Of a stretch of DNA of 64,000 bases, positions 40,561 to 54,912 are shown piece by piece (position 1 is the stretch's first letter; the number at the start of each line of letters is the position of its first letter). The notes below the pieces were generated by a model. The model made no database searches. It saw nothing but the letters and a program-made list of their open reading frames with translations, and was not told where the DNA came from. The stretch is from Octopus vulgaris. Lineage: Eukaryota. A program made the translations under genes and the position numbers. The stretch covers positions 2,976,001-3,040,000 of the forward strand of contig OX597817.1 of the NCBI GenBank assembly GCA_951406725.2, written 5' to 3'.

Positions 40561-42457
40561 TATAGACATTTGTGTGATTGCTAGAAAGTTACTGCAACTT
40601 ATCATTCATGTTATGTTTAACAACATCCCCAAGCCACACACTAACCACTATACCTAGATATTGTTTCACTGGCCTCGTCCCATGTCCTCAGGGATTCTTT
40701 CTCCGCACACGTCTTTCCTACTTTTGTTCTTTGCTTGCAGAGATTCAAGCAAAACATTAATGGCATCAATCTCTCCGTTGTCAGAAGATCTATGAAAATA
40801 TATGTATTGTTCCTTCCTCCAAACTTAATTACGATGAATTAGAGTTCAGTAATATTTTTTCAAATAACTAACACAAGATATTTGTTACTGTGTTATTTGG
40901 GGCGTGAGGAATATGCTATTTAAAACCAGCTTAGCACTGGATCATTGCATCGTTCATTTGTTTTTGTTTTTTTATCTTTGGCAAAGTCTCTGGGACAATA
41001 TATTCGTCCTAGTTTGTTGTTTTAGACCTTTGGCTGTCCAGTGCATCACGTGATACACAAGGCTTATTTTCCTGGCATCCATACATCGCATACAACACAC
41101 ATCCCCAGTTTTTATACAATCACCAGGATTAACATGTGACTTAATGGAAAGCTCCTTATCACTCAGAATATCTGAAACAAGTCCTAACTAAAAATCTGAA
41201 AATAACTGTGAACGCATAGGACAAATTTATGAAAATGATAAAATCGGTGTGATTTGAGATATTTAACCGCCTTTCTTAGCAGGTCTTGCAAGTTAGCAAA
41301 CTCATTCATTAATTGTGTGTGTATAATTTCATTAATGGTAGAGAAACAGAATGAGGAAGGAAGTCAATTGGCTATTGTGTAGTAAATCGCAGCAACAACA
41401 AACACAATTAGAAATAAGTGGCCTGTTTGTAGTAGTGACAACAGCAGTAGTAGTATGAACAGTAGAAATATTAGCAGTGGTATTATCGGTGTGGGAACAG
41501 TGGTTGCATCTGTGACACCAGGAACATTGTTGTTAATGACAACAAGCTGCCGCAATGCATCAATTATAATAATCCGTACATCACTAGTTCCTATCTTGTC
41601 AATATAGTAATTAATGTTGTCTACTTAATTATTATTGGATGTCGATTTTTAGAGCGAGGTTTTTGAAAAGAAATCGTGAATTTGTTTAAGTTTATATATG
41701 AAGGAAAGAAGATGGATCTGGTGGTTCAGGACTAAAGTTTCGTATGAGAATTTTTGATTATTGTTATTTTATGAGGCGAAGGGACAGCACTGAAGAATCG
41801 GTCCTTCTCGCTCATAGCAAGTTACAGACCAGCCTCACTGTGCAATTTCTGCCTACACTGACACTCCTTGCTCTCCATCCTGCTTGCTCGCAAAAAGAAA
41901 TTCATTGCTACTGGTGCATCAGATAAAAATGTTTTGCAGCATTTGTTCCGATTCACTGAATTCTTAGCTGAAATTCCTCCGAGGTTGACTTTGCTTTTCA
42001 TCTTATTGGAATTGCTAAATAAATTACCAGCCTTTTGTAGTAAACTGGTGGACTTGTTGAATCAAATACCCTGTGGAATTATTCAAGTTTTTTTTTTTAA
42101 CCCCGGATCAGCTCTGATTGAGTAAATCTATCGAAAGTATTCCAGCCGTTGCATTCGCCGGTTTTAGGTATTATGGAGAACTGCATTATCTAATTGCCTT
42201 CTCTCTTCGGTTATTTCAAATAAAGTAGATTGTTATTTGTTGTAACTTGGATGTTGTTAAGAAGTAAAAGATTAAGCTCTCAGAGTAATTCTGTGGCAAA
42301 CGTGGTCAAGTTTCACTTTCAACCTTCTAAAATAAATACTGGGTTCAATTTCAAAGATTTCACTACTGAACACAGAATTCAATGCTGTTGAAGCAAAAAA
42401 GAATATAAAGACTATTCCATCTTCTCTGTTTAAGAATAGCAAGACAGGGATAAAGGT

Positions 42458-42730
42458 GTGGATGGAAGAATGGATGGATGGATAGATATAGTGTGTGTAG
42501 ATATATGGATGGATAGATAGATAGATGTGGATGGATGCTTAGATTGATAGACGTGGACGGATGGATGGACAGATTTATAGATACATAGATGTGGATGGAT
42601 GGAGGGATGGATAGATAGATAGATAGATATAGATGTGGTCGGGTGGATGGATAGATAAATATTGTGTGGATGGATGGATAGATATATTGTGTCTGTTTAT
42701 GAATGTATATCCGATTGAATAGATGGGTAT
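42458..42730. repeat. Degenerate (GATG/GATA)n tetranucleotide tract
   Basis: GGATGGATAGAT periodicity. Confidence 0.9.
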
Positions 42731-42917
42731 GATAATATTTAAAGTTAAGAATAGATTTCGAAGTAATTTTACACTTTTGTTTTATAAACATTGTGGTAAT
42801 ATGTGCTACAGTGTGTGATGATGGTGGGAGTTGTATTTGTGTGCCGAGGTGGGATTAAAAGGTTGGACTTGAGTGTTTGCAAGTTATCTATATTACTTTT
42901 CCCCAGTTATTTTCAAC

Positions 42918-43080
42918 GCAGACAGTTTTGGCTGTGTGGTAAGTAGTTTGCCTTCTAACAGCATAGTTCCAGGTTCAGTCTCACTGTGTGGCACCTTGTG
43001 CAAGTGTCTTCTACTATAGCCTCGAACCGACCAAAGCTTTGTCAGTGAAGTTATTTGACGAAAACTGAACGAAGCTTGTG

Positions 43081-43125
<45 letters not shown>

Positions 43126-43130
43126 TATAC
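42918..43130 (+). mobile_element. Family B SINE 5' half ending in (TA)n(CA)n
   Basis: TGGCTGTGTGGTAAGTAG, GGTTCAGTCTCACTG, AAAACTGAACGAAG. Confidence 0.85.
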
Positions 43131-43924
43131 ACGTGCGCGCGCACGTAACAATATAATTCGCATTTTATGAAGGAATGACTGGTTATAATAATTTTTGTGG
43201 TAGTGTGATGGGGAAGGTTGATAGCTGATAGTCGGTAGATTAGGAATATGATACACCCTTCTTTATATTGGGTGCGGAGTCTTCATAATTGATACCCACC
43301 CCTGACCTATTTTAATTGCTTCTGTTCACACTCCCTCGACTGCTTTTCTTCGTCTCTCCACTCCTGAACCGGATCAGATCAACACTTTCATTTTCTTTAA
43401 AAACTTTTTATGTTGGAAATAAGTGGTTTTGAAAAAGATGTTTTTCTCTTATACGTAATTGCGAAGTTTTTGCTAAGAGCAGAAGCTAGATTCAAGCAAA
43501 CTAACTTCAAATATATATATATATTTGGGGGGTTAAATTGTTTTATATAGTCACAAGATCTCAAGTTTCTGCTGAAGCAATAATTTATGATTGATAACGT
43601 TAATGCTGCTTTTCAAGAGTAACTTTCTAAACGTTGCCTGAGTATCTTCATGTTGTCTAGTCCAGTGTTTCTCATAGGGAACAGGGTTCATTGCGGTACG
43701 ATGAAGCTTGCACATCGTAGTGAAATTCTATGTCTATTTCTAACAGGTTGACCGTCCATACCTATTTCCCTTCGTTAGCTCGATCAACTTCTGAGGTACA
43801 AGCTACCCAGTTTTCCGTGAAATAGGATCCAACTAGCAACCGCGTTGTTGAGAAGTGAACATTTGAATCGGACAATCACACCTGGATCCATAACCTATTC
43901 GTCTGCAGAAACAAATAGGGCATG

Positions 43925-44370
43925 GGTGCAGGTGTGATTACCTGGTTAAGGCGATCACGCCGGCACCCTGCTTTATCTCTGAAAACACAGAGAGAACTGG
44001 ATAAATACATGTTCGAGGAGTGGCACCTTGGGCTACTGCCTACTTCTATAATCTCGGGCTGATCAAAGCCTTGTGTGTGGATTTGGATGATGGAAGATGA
44101 AAGAAGTCCGTTGTGTTCACACGCCAAAACACACACACACACACGCACACACGCACGCACGCACGCACGCACGCACGCGGTTATGTGGTAAGGTTGTTTT
44201 TGTGTCCGTGTTTATGTCTCCATTAGCAGCGACAAAAGAGACCGATAGGATAAGTAGCAGGCTTTAAAAAAAATTAAGTACTGAGGCCAATACATTCGAC
44301 TAAAAGTTCTTCGGAGCCGTGCCTCAGCATGGCCGCAGTCTAATGATTGCAACAAACAAGATATAAATAT
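43925..44370 (+). mobile_element. Degenerate family B SINE with internal CA/GCAC microsatellite
   Basis: GTGGCACCTTGGGC, CAAAGCCTTGTG, tail GTGCCTCAGCATGGCCGCAG. Confidence 0.8.
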
Positions 44371-45432
44371 AGTTCGTCAGCTGCCGTCTTGTCGATTTCC
44401 AATAGTTGTTGTCTATATTTTGACATCTATCCGTGTGTCAATCAAGTCGACATTTGCGTGTCCAGATGCGTGTCCAGAGAACAGATGTTCTCCTGGCGGG
44501 CCCATGATTTCGACAGTTATTGACTTTGTCTCTGCGCAACATTTGTCTCTCCATATATTAGGGACGGACGCTTAGTGTTTGATGTCGATTAAAACTATCT
44601 GTCGTCTATCCTTGTTTAGTGACTTTGACATATCTACCTCTGTGTGTGTGTGTGCACGCAAACGTATACTACGTGTGCATCTGTGCGCACGGGTGGGAGA
44701 GAGAATATAGATGCACATAGAGCTCCACGTACGTGTGTGTGTGTGTTTCTCTACTCTGAAAAATAATTTGTTTACTAAGCATCATGTGGCAAAATAATTC
44801 TCGACAGAAATCCAAGTAAATGAAATAGAAGAAATACTATAAGCAAAATACAGAGAAATTTAATTAAGCATGCAGCTACTTTACTTGGTACTTATCTAAC
44901 TCAATAAATGAAATTAAAACACATGTAAGGGGGGGAGGGGCTATGTACAAAAATAAATTTGAATAAATTATCGCTACATAATATATTATCAAATCTCAGA
45001 CTATTTGAATTCTGGTCGAGTATTGGGTTTCCTTCACTCGAACTCATATCTGCAGGCGGTAAGAACTTGTGCGCCTGAGTGTGCATGTGTATGTGCGTAC
45101 ATATTCAAAATGAGGGCAGAATCATTTGATATTTATGGAATATTTTTGAGTTTTAATTAATTTTTTCTCTAGTTGTTAATCTTTGGATTTAATCGGGTTT
45201 TAAATCAGGTTTCTAGTTCAGGGTTATTTACAATTGAAGATTAATTATTTATTTATTCATTTAGTTATTTATTTATCTTATATTTTTGAATTTAATGCGA
45301 AGAAGTAAAGGTTGGGAGAGCAATCTCGTGACTGTTCAGACTTTCGCTCTGCAGTATCGTAGGTTCATGTTCAATTCGTACTAGGCAGCACCTATGCCGA
45401 GATTTTTCTAGTAATGGTGATGAAAATCGTCC

Positions 45433-45760
45433 GGTGTGGCTCTGTGGTACGAAGGTCGCTTCTCAACCACATAGTTCCGAGTTCAGTCCCACTGCGTTGC
45501 ACCTTGGGCAAATCTACTATAGCTCCAGGCTAACCAAAACCTTGTGAATGATCTAGTAGATGGAAACTGAAAGAAGCCCATCGTGTATATATATGTATCT
45601 GCATGTGTTTGTCTCACCACTGCTTGACAACCGGTGCTGGTTTGTTTACAGCTCTAACTTAGTGGTTCGGCAAAACAGTAAGTACAGTGGTCTACTCATT
45701 CCGCAGAAACTCTTCAAGGTGGTGTCCAGCATGGCCGCTGACAAATGACTGAAACAAGTG
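45433..45760 (+). mobile_element. Family B SINE
   Basis: GTTCAGTCCCACTGCG, CACCTTGGGCAA, tail GGTGTCCAGCATGGCCGC..TGACTGAAACAAG. Confidence 0.85.
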
Positions 45761-47504
45761 TGTTCCTTGTGTGTTTGTATTTTGTCGTGTAAGACAGCGG
45801 CAAATAGAGAGAGATAAAAACAGTCGATCGCTTTAAGATGTCTGCAATGTATTGATTGAAAACAGCAAATGAATGAATGAATGAAGGGAATAGGATGTTT
45901 TTTGGACAATAGCTTTCAATGAAGACATGATGCAGGAGGATATTATTTCTACTTTTTTTTGCGTCGTTTCTCAGTAGAATTGTTATTGACAGATGGAATG
46001 CTCCGCAATATCTACGCTCGTTACGTAGAGGCTTTGAACTTAAATTTAAATCTATGTTCAAATCCTGTCAAGATTGTTTTTTGTATTTTCATCTCTCAGT
46101 ATATATAAGACGTCTTAATACACTGCTGTCATTTTTCATTGTTTGTTCCCATCTTCAGCAGTGCAACTTTTGCTAACGTTGTGCCGCTGAAGTAGTTGCT
46201 ATCAACGATGGAAACATATGCTCGACGAGATTTGAACTTGAATCAAATATCTGGCATATGAATATTTTAAGTCATTTCTGCACAAATCTCTGCTGATTTG
46301 GCCGATATCAGTGCGTGTTAACAATGGAGTCAACGACCTGTTCTCCTTTTAATCAATTTGAGCATCTGTATAAAGCTAGTGATACATGGCAAACTGAGTT
46401 AGGTATATGCTACCTCTTACACGTAAGAAATTATATATCTTTTATAAAATCTGAAAAGAAAAAGTTAGAGAAAATATGGATAAATCACACCCTAACATTT
46501 TTTTTAAATTAAAGAACTGATTCAACAATATATTTTACTATATTCTCAGATCAGATATACAAAAACGACTATATAGTAATTGCTGGTACGCTTTTGGTAT
46601 CCCTCTCTCTCTCTCTTCCACACACACATAGGTCAACCCTACCAGAGCAATCATAATTTTCAATGTTGATAGGTTATTTGTGAAAAGAGAGAAGCAATTC
46701 TTTTTTTTTTTTCTTAAGTGAAGAAATGAAAAGTAAACGATTTTTGGTAATATCGAGAAGAGCAATCGATTCTGCCCAAGAAGAATAATGGTTTCTAAAA
46801 TATATAGATCTCATTGGCTGGGCAGAGTTTTTAGTTGATTCTATTGTCCAGTACTTGACTGTTGCCTATTTTATTAATTCTGAAGGGATTTGATCTTAGA
46901 GCATAAGAGAAAGTAACTAACTACAGTAAGAAATCTTATATGTCCTCACGACCTATTCTTTCGCTCCACTGCTTTTCATCCTGAAGTCAACAATAATTAT
47001 TGATTACTTACAGATGGTACAGAACTAAAAACTTCGCATAGTACAGTTCATTGAATCAGCCTGTTAGTTACTTAACCAGGCACATGTCTGCTATTAATTT
47101 TAAAGACCGCCCTCTTCCTCCCAGATGAAAGGTAGAGTCAACTCCGGTGGGATTTATACTTGAAACATACAACTTACAGATATAACTTAATACTGTAGTG
47201 ACATTTGAGTTGAGACTGTAATGTTTTTGCTTAGAACGAAAAGAAAGGCTGCTACACAGCAAACGGTACGACATTTCAAAGCCTACTCTGCTTTCGGTTC
47301 TTAGTCGAAGTCAATTCCTTTTCCTTATATTTCCCACTAGCATTACCAGTGTGTAAATATTATATTGCTTCCCTCTCCTCAATAAATGTTTGATAAGGCT
47401 CTTGAGTAGGATATGTTTTTCAATTTAAATATTTAATCTCACTATGTACCTTTCGCCCCCACTCTTTAAAATGTTACAGTTGTAAGCAGCCTCCTTATTC
47501 TTTA

Positions 47505-47737
47505 AAAAATAAATAAATGAGCCCTTTTAAAGCCTAGCCAGGCTCATGGGCCCAGTTTCCCGGTTTCTATGGCATATGTGTTCCCTAGCTGGACGGGGCG
47601 CCATCCATCGCAGTGTTACTCATTTTTGACCGCTGAGTGGACTGGAGCGGCGTGAAATGGTTTTGCTCAAGAACAAATCGAAACCACAATCTTACGATCA
47701 TGATGTTGACACCCTAACCACTAAGCCACGCGCCTCC
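47505..47737 (-). mobile_element. tRNA-derived SINE related to family C (CORE-like centre)
   Basis: Minus-strand GGAGGCGCGTGGCTTAGTGGTTAGG head; GAAACCGGGAAACTGGGCCCATGAGCC end shared with 19810-20100. Confidence 0.85.
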
Positions 47738-48627
47738 ACTCCTTATTCCTTACTTTCATTTTATTCCTCTTCTTGGTGAAACCCTCCCCCCACTGTTTCT
47801 GTAGAACAAGATCGAACTTCTGTCCTAACAGAAGTATATCCCAAATCAATGGCTGCTTGCTCTTCTGAAGTTTCTTGTGAGAAACTTTGTTCTTGACGTG
47901 ACACCAGCAACCGGTGACTGGTCTAATCTCTTGAAACGGAAGATTTGTCCAACCGCTTTGTTGCTGCATTCGCAGTCGATCTTCTTCCAAATCCACATTC
48001 TACTATTTGGCGTGCATCAGGGTTCTGTTACGTTACTCATACATTGGCACCTTCGGGCCAATGCAGTCTGTACAGGCTTATACAGCCGACCCAAAAATGC
48101 TGCTCCATAATAGTCTCGCGGTGCGGATTACCTCTTCCCTAGCTACACTGCTGAATTAATACAGAAAAGTTGGCCAAAATTATTAATGATCGTGATGATG
48201 ATGATGATGGTGAATGACTTCAAAAATGCGAAAATCCATAATTGGAAATGGTAGTTTCTGTAATTGAAAAAATGGTTAGCTAGAAATAGTCGCTTTGTAT
48301 CAACAGGCCCTCTTTCTAACATATCTCCCATGTAAATTATATCAAAGTAACGTTTCAGTGTTGGTTTTTCACCAGAGAAAGTAGTTCGCTCAGCACTATG
48401 TCTCTCATGAATGATGCCTCGTATAGTGTATCGAAATTATTTCTATCTCTTTCTCTCTATTATTTGGTAATTTTCTAGTTTTCAATACAAATCATATAAG
48501 CTTTTCGACGGTTTGTTAATTAATTTTCTTTGTCATTTACTTCGTATGTAACTTCGTAAAAATAAGGAAATTAATTACACATTACATCCTTCCCTGCATC
48601 ACAATTTGCTTCGAAGTGTGTCTGATT

Positions 48628-48790
48628 TACGAGCTGCATTCAAAAAGTTCCCGACTTTTTCTTTCCTCGTCAAAGCTAATGCCGCGTAGGCACAATCCTC
48701 TAGTGGGAGGTGACGCCGCCTTTCCTGCGCATGCGTGAAAATTTTCGCGCTCGTAGGCCGCGCAAGTTCCCGGCTGTTACGCCTATATAT
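48628..48790. mobile_element. mariner-like terminal fragment, CpG-rich
   Basis: TA plus CGAGCTGCATTCAAAAAGTTCCCGACT resembles a mariner TIR; no partner TIR found. Confidence 0.5.
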
Positions 48791-51700
48791 AGCATGCATT
48801 AATATAAACACAGCACGTAAAGGAAAAAATACTCAGATAATAGAACAGTAAATTGCTTTACTGACTAGATAAAATGCTATAATATATTCATTTCGCAACT
48901 TCAATCTACTAAATTGCGTACAAATGTTTACCTTCTATACAGGCAATTGCGCATAAGTACGTTTTTTGTGTGTGTTATATATTCTACAGCAAAATGATAA
49001 CACAAATCTCCAAAAGGAATAGTGTCACTATTCCATACAGGCTGGGCAACAGTGGTGTTCATTATATCGTGTAAGAAATTTATAGAAAAATTAATCCTAC
49101 ACTAGTTTTATAGTTCTGGTATTGAGCATACATTTATACTTTCAATATTTGCCTAATTCTTCATCTTTTAATTAAAAATACTCTTAAATTCACACTTATG
49201 TGCAAACGGCAGTAGTCTACGTAGGGTATGAATCCTAAAATGTAGTAACGTCGTTTCCTATTGCACACGCTTATCAACCCATTTCTATAAACAAATCCGT
49301 ATATAAACACACACACACACGCGCTGGTTATAGTAAAAATGATTAGACCAATTATAACAAGCTTTAAATTGCTTGTTCGTTTCAGTCAATTTCATACTAT
49401 TCTTTAATTAGTTTTTAATCATCATAGTTAGCGAGCCGGCACGTAATTTATATGTAATAAAATCTAATCATATACTCTTGCAAGATTACAAAAAAAGCAA
49501 GGTTTCCTATAAATGAAATTATATCGGACTTGTTCTCGATAACCTTTTCTGTGTGTATTTTTGTCTGGAAGCCTGCTTGGAAATAGAGCGGGGTTTTCCA
49601 ATGGGGAAAATGAATTGAAATTACGCAGTAGCTCTAACCTCTCCTAGGCTTAAATTTTATCCCTTGTATTTTGCACTTATCTACGGTGAATGTCCCCCTG
49701 CCTCATTCGTCCAGGAATTCGTGAAGGTAAAGTGGACTAGCTTCACATTGGTAACAAAACTGGGGGCTTATGGTTTTGTTATCTCCTAAAGACTACAACT
49801 GCTCGTATCATTTTGTGTCCCCCATGCTTAAGCTTCATGTAAAAAATCTTTTGAAAAATATTTTGAACACTCAGTTTTCTAAGTAGTTAAATGAAACTCT
49901 TGTTCGAAATTATGCTAATCAGCATTCTGGCAATCGCTTTCACTTATTTGGTAACATAAGTTTAAAGTTTTATTTTATAATAATGTTGGCAAACATTTCT
50001 ATCAGATCGTTAGGAGGCAACTAATGGTTTGCCAAAATATCATTCGTTAACCTTTATACGGTGACATTGGCTTCCATTGACGTAGCACTTTGCTATAGAC
50101 ATTCGACTCGCTCTATAGAATTTAGAGTCCATTAAGATGTCTGAGCTTATAGATTCTCTGCAATTTTTTATAAACCCTTATTATTGATTGATTCTCTTAA
50201 TTAATCTCGTTTTTTTCTCTCTCTATCTCTCTTTCTCACTCGATTTAATATCAACATCAGAAGACAGGAAAATATAATCAATAAGGATTTTTTTCTCCGT
50301 TTTTGTAGAAGTCATTTTCGTTTTTCTCTTGTGTGTATGCGTGAAAGAGAGAGAGAGGGGGTAAGATTGAATAAAATACCAATATTTGTTAATATAAGAA
50401 CAAATTGTCTGTTACTCATTCCCCTCTTACTTCCTCGGTCTTCGGTATATTTTTCTTTCTATTTTCCTTCTAGTATAAGTCAATTCACGACTATATGTTT
50501 GTTCTAATTTTCAAAGATAATTCACGCGTCATCTGATTCCCATAAAACTCAAGAGATAACTCCAGATAATATTTGTAGCTTTTGATGTGTTATAATCTAT
50601 GGTTTTCTCAATTGTTTTCCAATATATATCTTTCCTCTTTAACACTTTTTGAACATTTATTGTTTTGCATACAATAACGAAAATAAGTTAGATTAGCAAC
50701 AACCAACAAGGATAACTATCTCGGGACACTAAGTTGCTCTGTCCTATTCTGAGATTCAATACGTTGGAAATAAAAACTCAGGTCCGAAGAAACTAACGTT
50801 TAAGTATAGTTTGCAAACTTGTATAAATTTGTATCTCGTAGGGAGACTGAAGCTCTGAAATGATCAACAAAGGCTTTTGTCAGAAAGAGAAGTGTCACGC
50901 CGTCTTTAAACAAGTTCAAATCCCAACAATGACTAATAAATCGGATCTGTCAAAATTGATGGATGTTCAAATCATACATTTCGATTTATTTTTCCCTATT
51001 CTTTTACTTGTGTTTTTCTAGTTTTACCTTTCTAATTTGCTCTTCTCAGTTCCTTCCCTTGACGACTTCAGACTTTTCTGGTCTCTAAAGAAGAGTTTTG
51101 TCTATTGCTCAGTTCTTGAATGATAGGTATCTTCCAAACAAACATAAATATAGTATACATTCTTGTGTTGATCTTTGGCCTGAGAAAGCTCTAATCAATT
51201 AGACCTATTGTCAAAGGCATTCCAGTCATAGACATCTCGTATTTTTACATACGAACATACTTGTATCTTATTTAAGACAGTAAACTCTGAGTTAATAGAG
51301 GCTGCTATTTCTAGCAAACTAAATGACCTTTTTGAAATTTATTCCATTGACTCGTGCAAGGTAAATTAGTATTGTAGATAAGGTATTCCATCTTGAAATT
51401 TTACCGCTTGAATTCACATCCACCGTTGATATTTCGTAATGGTTTTCACGGTACATTTATTATTGCATGTTCCAGTTCACCTAGTGGTAACAAGTATCTG
51501 TCCTTCTATAAATTATGGTTGCAGACTATTAGTAAATATGGTACTTAGTGTAATGAGCCAAAAAATTTTGGCTGATTAGAATAAGTAGTTTAAAAAAATT
51601 ATATAACTGAATGTTTTAAGAAAAAAAAGTCTCAGACACAATTTCAGTATTAGATTTATTTTAAAACAGAATGCAGTTGGGAGAGATAATCTCAGTCAGG

Positions 51701-51987
51701 TTGCCAATACACTACCCGAAGTTAAGTTCCGAATTCTCATGGTTACAGAAACATATATTTTGTGTCGGTGAAAAACATCAGCATGATCACTTGTTAGGCT
51801 GCTAACTCTCCTTCATACCTCTCTATACAGTCTTCATAACAGATGAAAACATTGAACAATGCAGTTCTTGATACACAAAAACAGAATGTTCACGTTGAAG
51901 TGTCGTTTGATCAGAGCTGATTTCGGATTAGACTACAATTGCATATGCTTCAATAATAATAATAATTGTAACACTGAAACTCAGGCA

Positions 51988-52076
51988 TACGAGGGTGTGC
52001 CGAAAAGTTCCTGACTTTGATTATCATGATTTTATTCGGCATATTCCCCTCTGGGATTCACACACTTATTTCAGCT
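51988..52076 (-). mobile_element. mariner terminal remnant
   Basis: TACGAGGGTGTGCCGAAAAGTTCC TIR, then the reverse complement of a KCVNPRGEYAE (KCIxxxGDYVE-like) C-terminus. Confidence 0.6.
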
Positions 52077-54857
52077 CGTGTATTATGGTACTTGGTTTTA
52101 AATATGCAACATAAAGAAAGCCAGGCATTCACTTAATTCTTCATTTCACTGACCAGAAAAAAAGCCCAGCTTTTTCAGGGAGAAAATGAAAGCTCTAATT
52201 ATATTTAATTTATAAGCAATTCCAAGAGAGCTATTGACATACAGGGTTCTCGTGCTGCTTTCTCCCGACTCTACAAACTAATCACTTAAAGAAAGTTTTC
52301 TAAAAATAAATTGTTCGGCTTTATATCTTAAAGCTCGCTTGGTTTAGCCTATTTCTGTTGATGCGTGTTGTTTTTATTGGTTTCTCTATTAACTTCAGTT
52401 GAAACGCTTAGCAATGCATTACTGATGACATGGGACTCGTTAATTGTTTAACTTTTTTGACACACACGCACGCACAACAGGGAGTTGAAATTAGATCAGA
52501 CTGGCTTAACGGGAAAATACGATTGCACTAAGGCGTTTATCTGAGAATTAAATAATAATGATGATGATAATAATACAAATGCACAACGCTTGAGATTTAC
52601 ATGGCGGACTAAATGAGCAACTGTTGTGTTCAGGCTTGTTTACCAAATATAATCGAGACGTAAGTGAAGGTGGGTGGACTCCAGTGGGAATCGAAATCAG
52701 TTCATGAACTGGTTCATCAAGTACTTATCGCTGGATCACAGCAGTAGCTGTTCAGTTTAATCTTACTACAATTACGCTAGAGTATATGAAGATTTTTGTA
52801 TCACGTTCTTGTTGCTATTCTTTCGCTCCAATACATCCATTTTCAAACTGATCTATGTCCAGGTAAACCTTTCAACTGAGACCACTCCATCTTTTTGATG
52901 ACTATAAGATGTGATTTGAAGAAATTCTACGAGATCTGTAGAGGTGGGGAGGAGATCCATAACTCCATTGGGTAACAGAGGTTACTAAAACTCTGTGCCC
53001 ATTTAGAGCAAGTCACCTTTCGTAGGGTACGGAAACTGCACTCATTGTATGTATTTAAATTCAAAACTGGTGCTTATATTTGATTGGATTTAATCATTGG
53101 AAAATTAAATGCCTTGACCAGGTACAGAATACGATGATAGATTAAGAACTACTGGTCCGTATTTGGTTGAATGCACCTTATCGATTTGTTCTGCTACCGT
53201 ATCTAAAACCAATCTACAGAGACCTATGCATTTATCTACCACGCATTAGAACTATTCAGGCGCTTGATCTGCCATAGATACTAACTACATTTCTTTCAAA
53301 TCACATTGTATAATGCAGTATTTGACGGACTTGGCTGAAGCATTCGCGATTGATCGGATGTTATAAAAAAAACAACAACTGATCAACTTATACATGAACT
53401 GCAAGATATGTTGTTTCTGCAATTAGCCCATCTATATTGCGGGAAAAGCATGAATATCACTGCGAGTCAGTTCTCATTCCACTCCCACCCTAAAAGAGAT
53501 GAAAGAGCTTATGTCTAGACAAGATATAAGTAGACTTATATATTGTATGATTGAATTTGGCTCAGAAAAGCTTAAGATATAATGTATGTGTGAAAGAATG
53601 TTTCGTTCCATTCCTTCTCTTGTGAGCTCCTCTCTCTTTGCGTAAAGATTGAATATTACAACACCACAAATTTATATAAATAAATATATATATATATATA
53701 TATCACATTTAAAGATCTTTGTAAAAGTTGCTTCCTGTGTATCAAAATCGTGATGGAAATGTTTACTTAAACAAAAATTAGGACGTCAGTAGTGTTTTTT
53801 AAATGTTCCTTCCTATAATTCCAAAAGAAATATTTACTCTGTTCTTTTTAGTATTTTCAGATTCCGTCCTTATTATATTTATTTTATTTTACGTATTTTA
53901 TTGTATATATATATATTTCAAATATAATTAATCTAATATTATTATCAGTATTTTAACAAATGCCGCATTTCTTAAATCGTATACTATTGTCTTAAAACGG
54001 GAAGAAGCATTAATTACTTAAAGAGATCCTAGATGAACATTGGAATAAAAGGCAGGGTGATGACAGCTAGAACACTTCATGAGTTTGCTCAATCAGGCCT
54101 GATGATCTGAAACTAATTATGTACAACAATATCTGTAATATTTGTACTATAATAAGTTAAAATCTATGAAGTCAGTATAGAGGCAGCCAATTTAGATATT
54201 GTTTCGAATGGTGGTCTGATGTTGATTGTCGACTTAGTCTTTCATCCTTTCAGATTTAACTTAAATACAAGTTATGTATTAGTGATATAATGTAAGTGTT
54301 CCACACGTGAAGAAAGAAACACAAATTTCGCACGATTCTATTTTTGAACTTTATGCTTTTGTATGAGAATTCTCAATAATCAGTTTCAAACTTAATTAGA
54401 TTATTTACTACATTTAGCTCATTACTGCACACAAATCCCACCCGAATCGGTTTTGATTTATCTTTTACTGAAATCGGTTATTAATGGAAGTCTAGCGGGG
54501 ATAACTTAAGTGCCGGTATCACTTTTTCGATAGAATCACTATTGGCAAAGCCTTTTACCCTCTATTTCTTACATAAAATTTTTTAAAGAGAAAATCATAG
54601 CTCTTTCTCCTCTGACTAATGGAATGGCTTTTAATGATATGAATTGAATGACTTCTTGAATGAAGGGAATGATTTTTCGTTATAAATCTGCTTGGACAGA
54701 TATTGACCAACTACTGTAGGTTTTAAGGGTTTAACAACTGCCTTTAATACGCTGTATTCCTCACCTTTCATAACTATGATCCGAATGTTTTTGTTTTGAA
54801 CCCCGCACCTTTTTTTTCTCATCGATATAATACTTTTGCTTTGAAAAGAAATATATG

Positions 54858-54912
54858 GTTTTTTTTTTTGTTAACTAATTACTCTTTTTTTTTCTTTTCA
54901 TTGTAGGTAAGT
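54858..54912 (+). other. Candidate recursive splice site (3' acceptor immediately followed by 5' donor)
   Basis: Branch-like ACTAAT, tract CTCTTTTTTTTTCTTTTCATTG, TAG at 54904-54906 and GTAAGT at 54907-54912. Confidence 0.55.

Noticed and set aside
47990-48040. FGVHQGSV resembling the RTE RT motif
   Set aside because: Isolated 8-aa match without flanking RT motifs.
49983-50040. TTGGCAAAC/GTTTGCCAA hairpin as a pre-miRNA
   Set aside because: Stem too short, and no match to conserved miRNAs that I recall.
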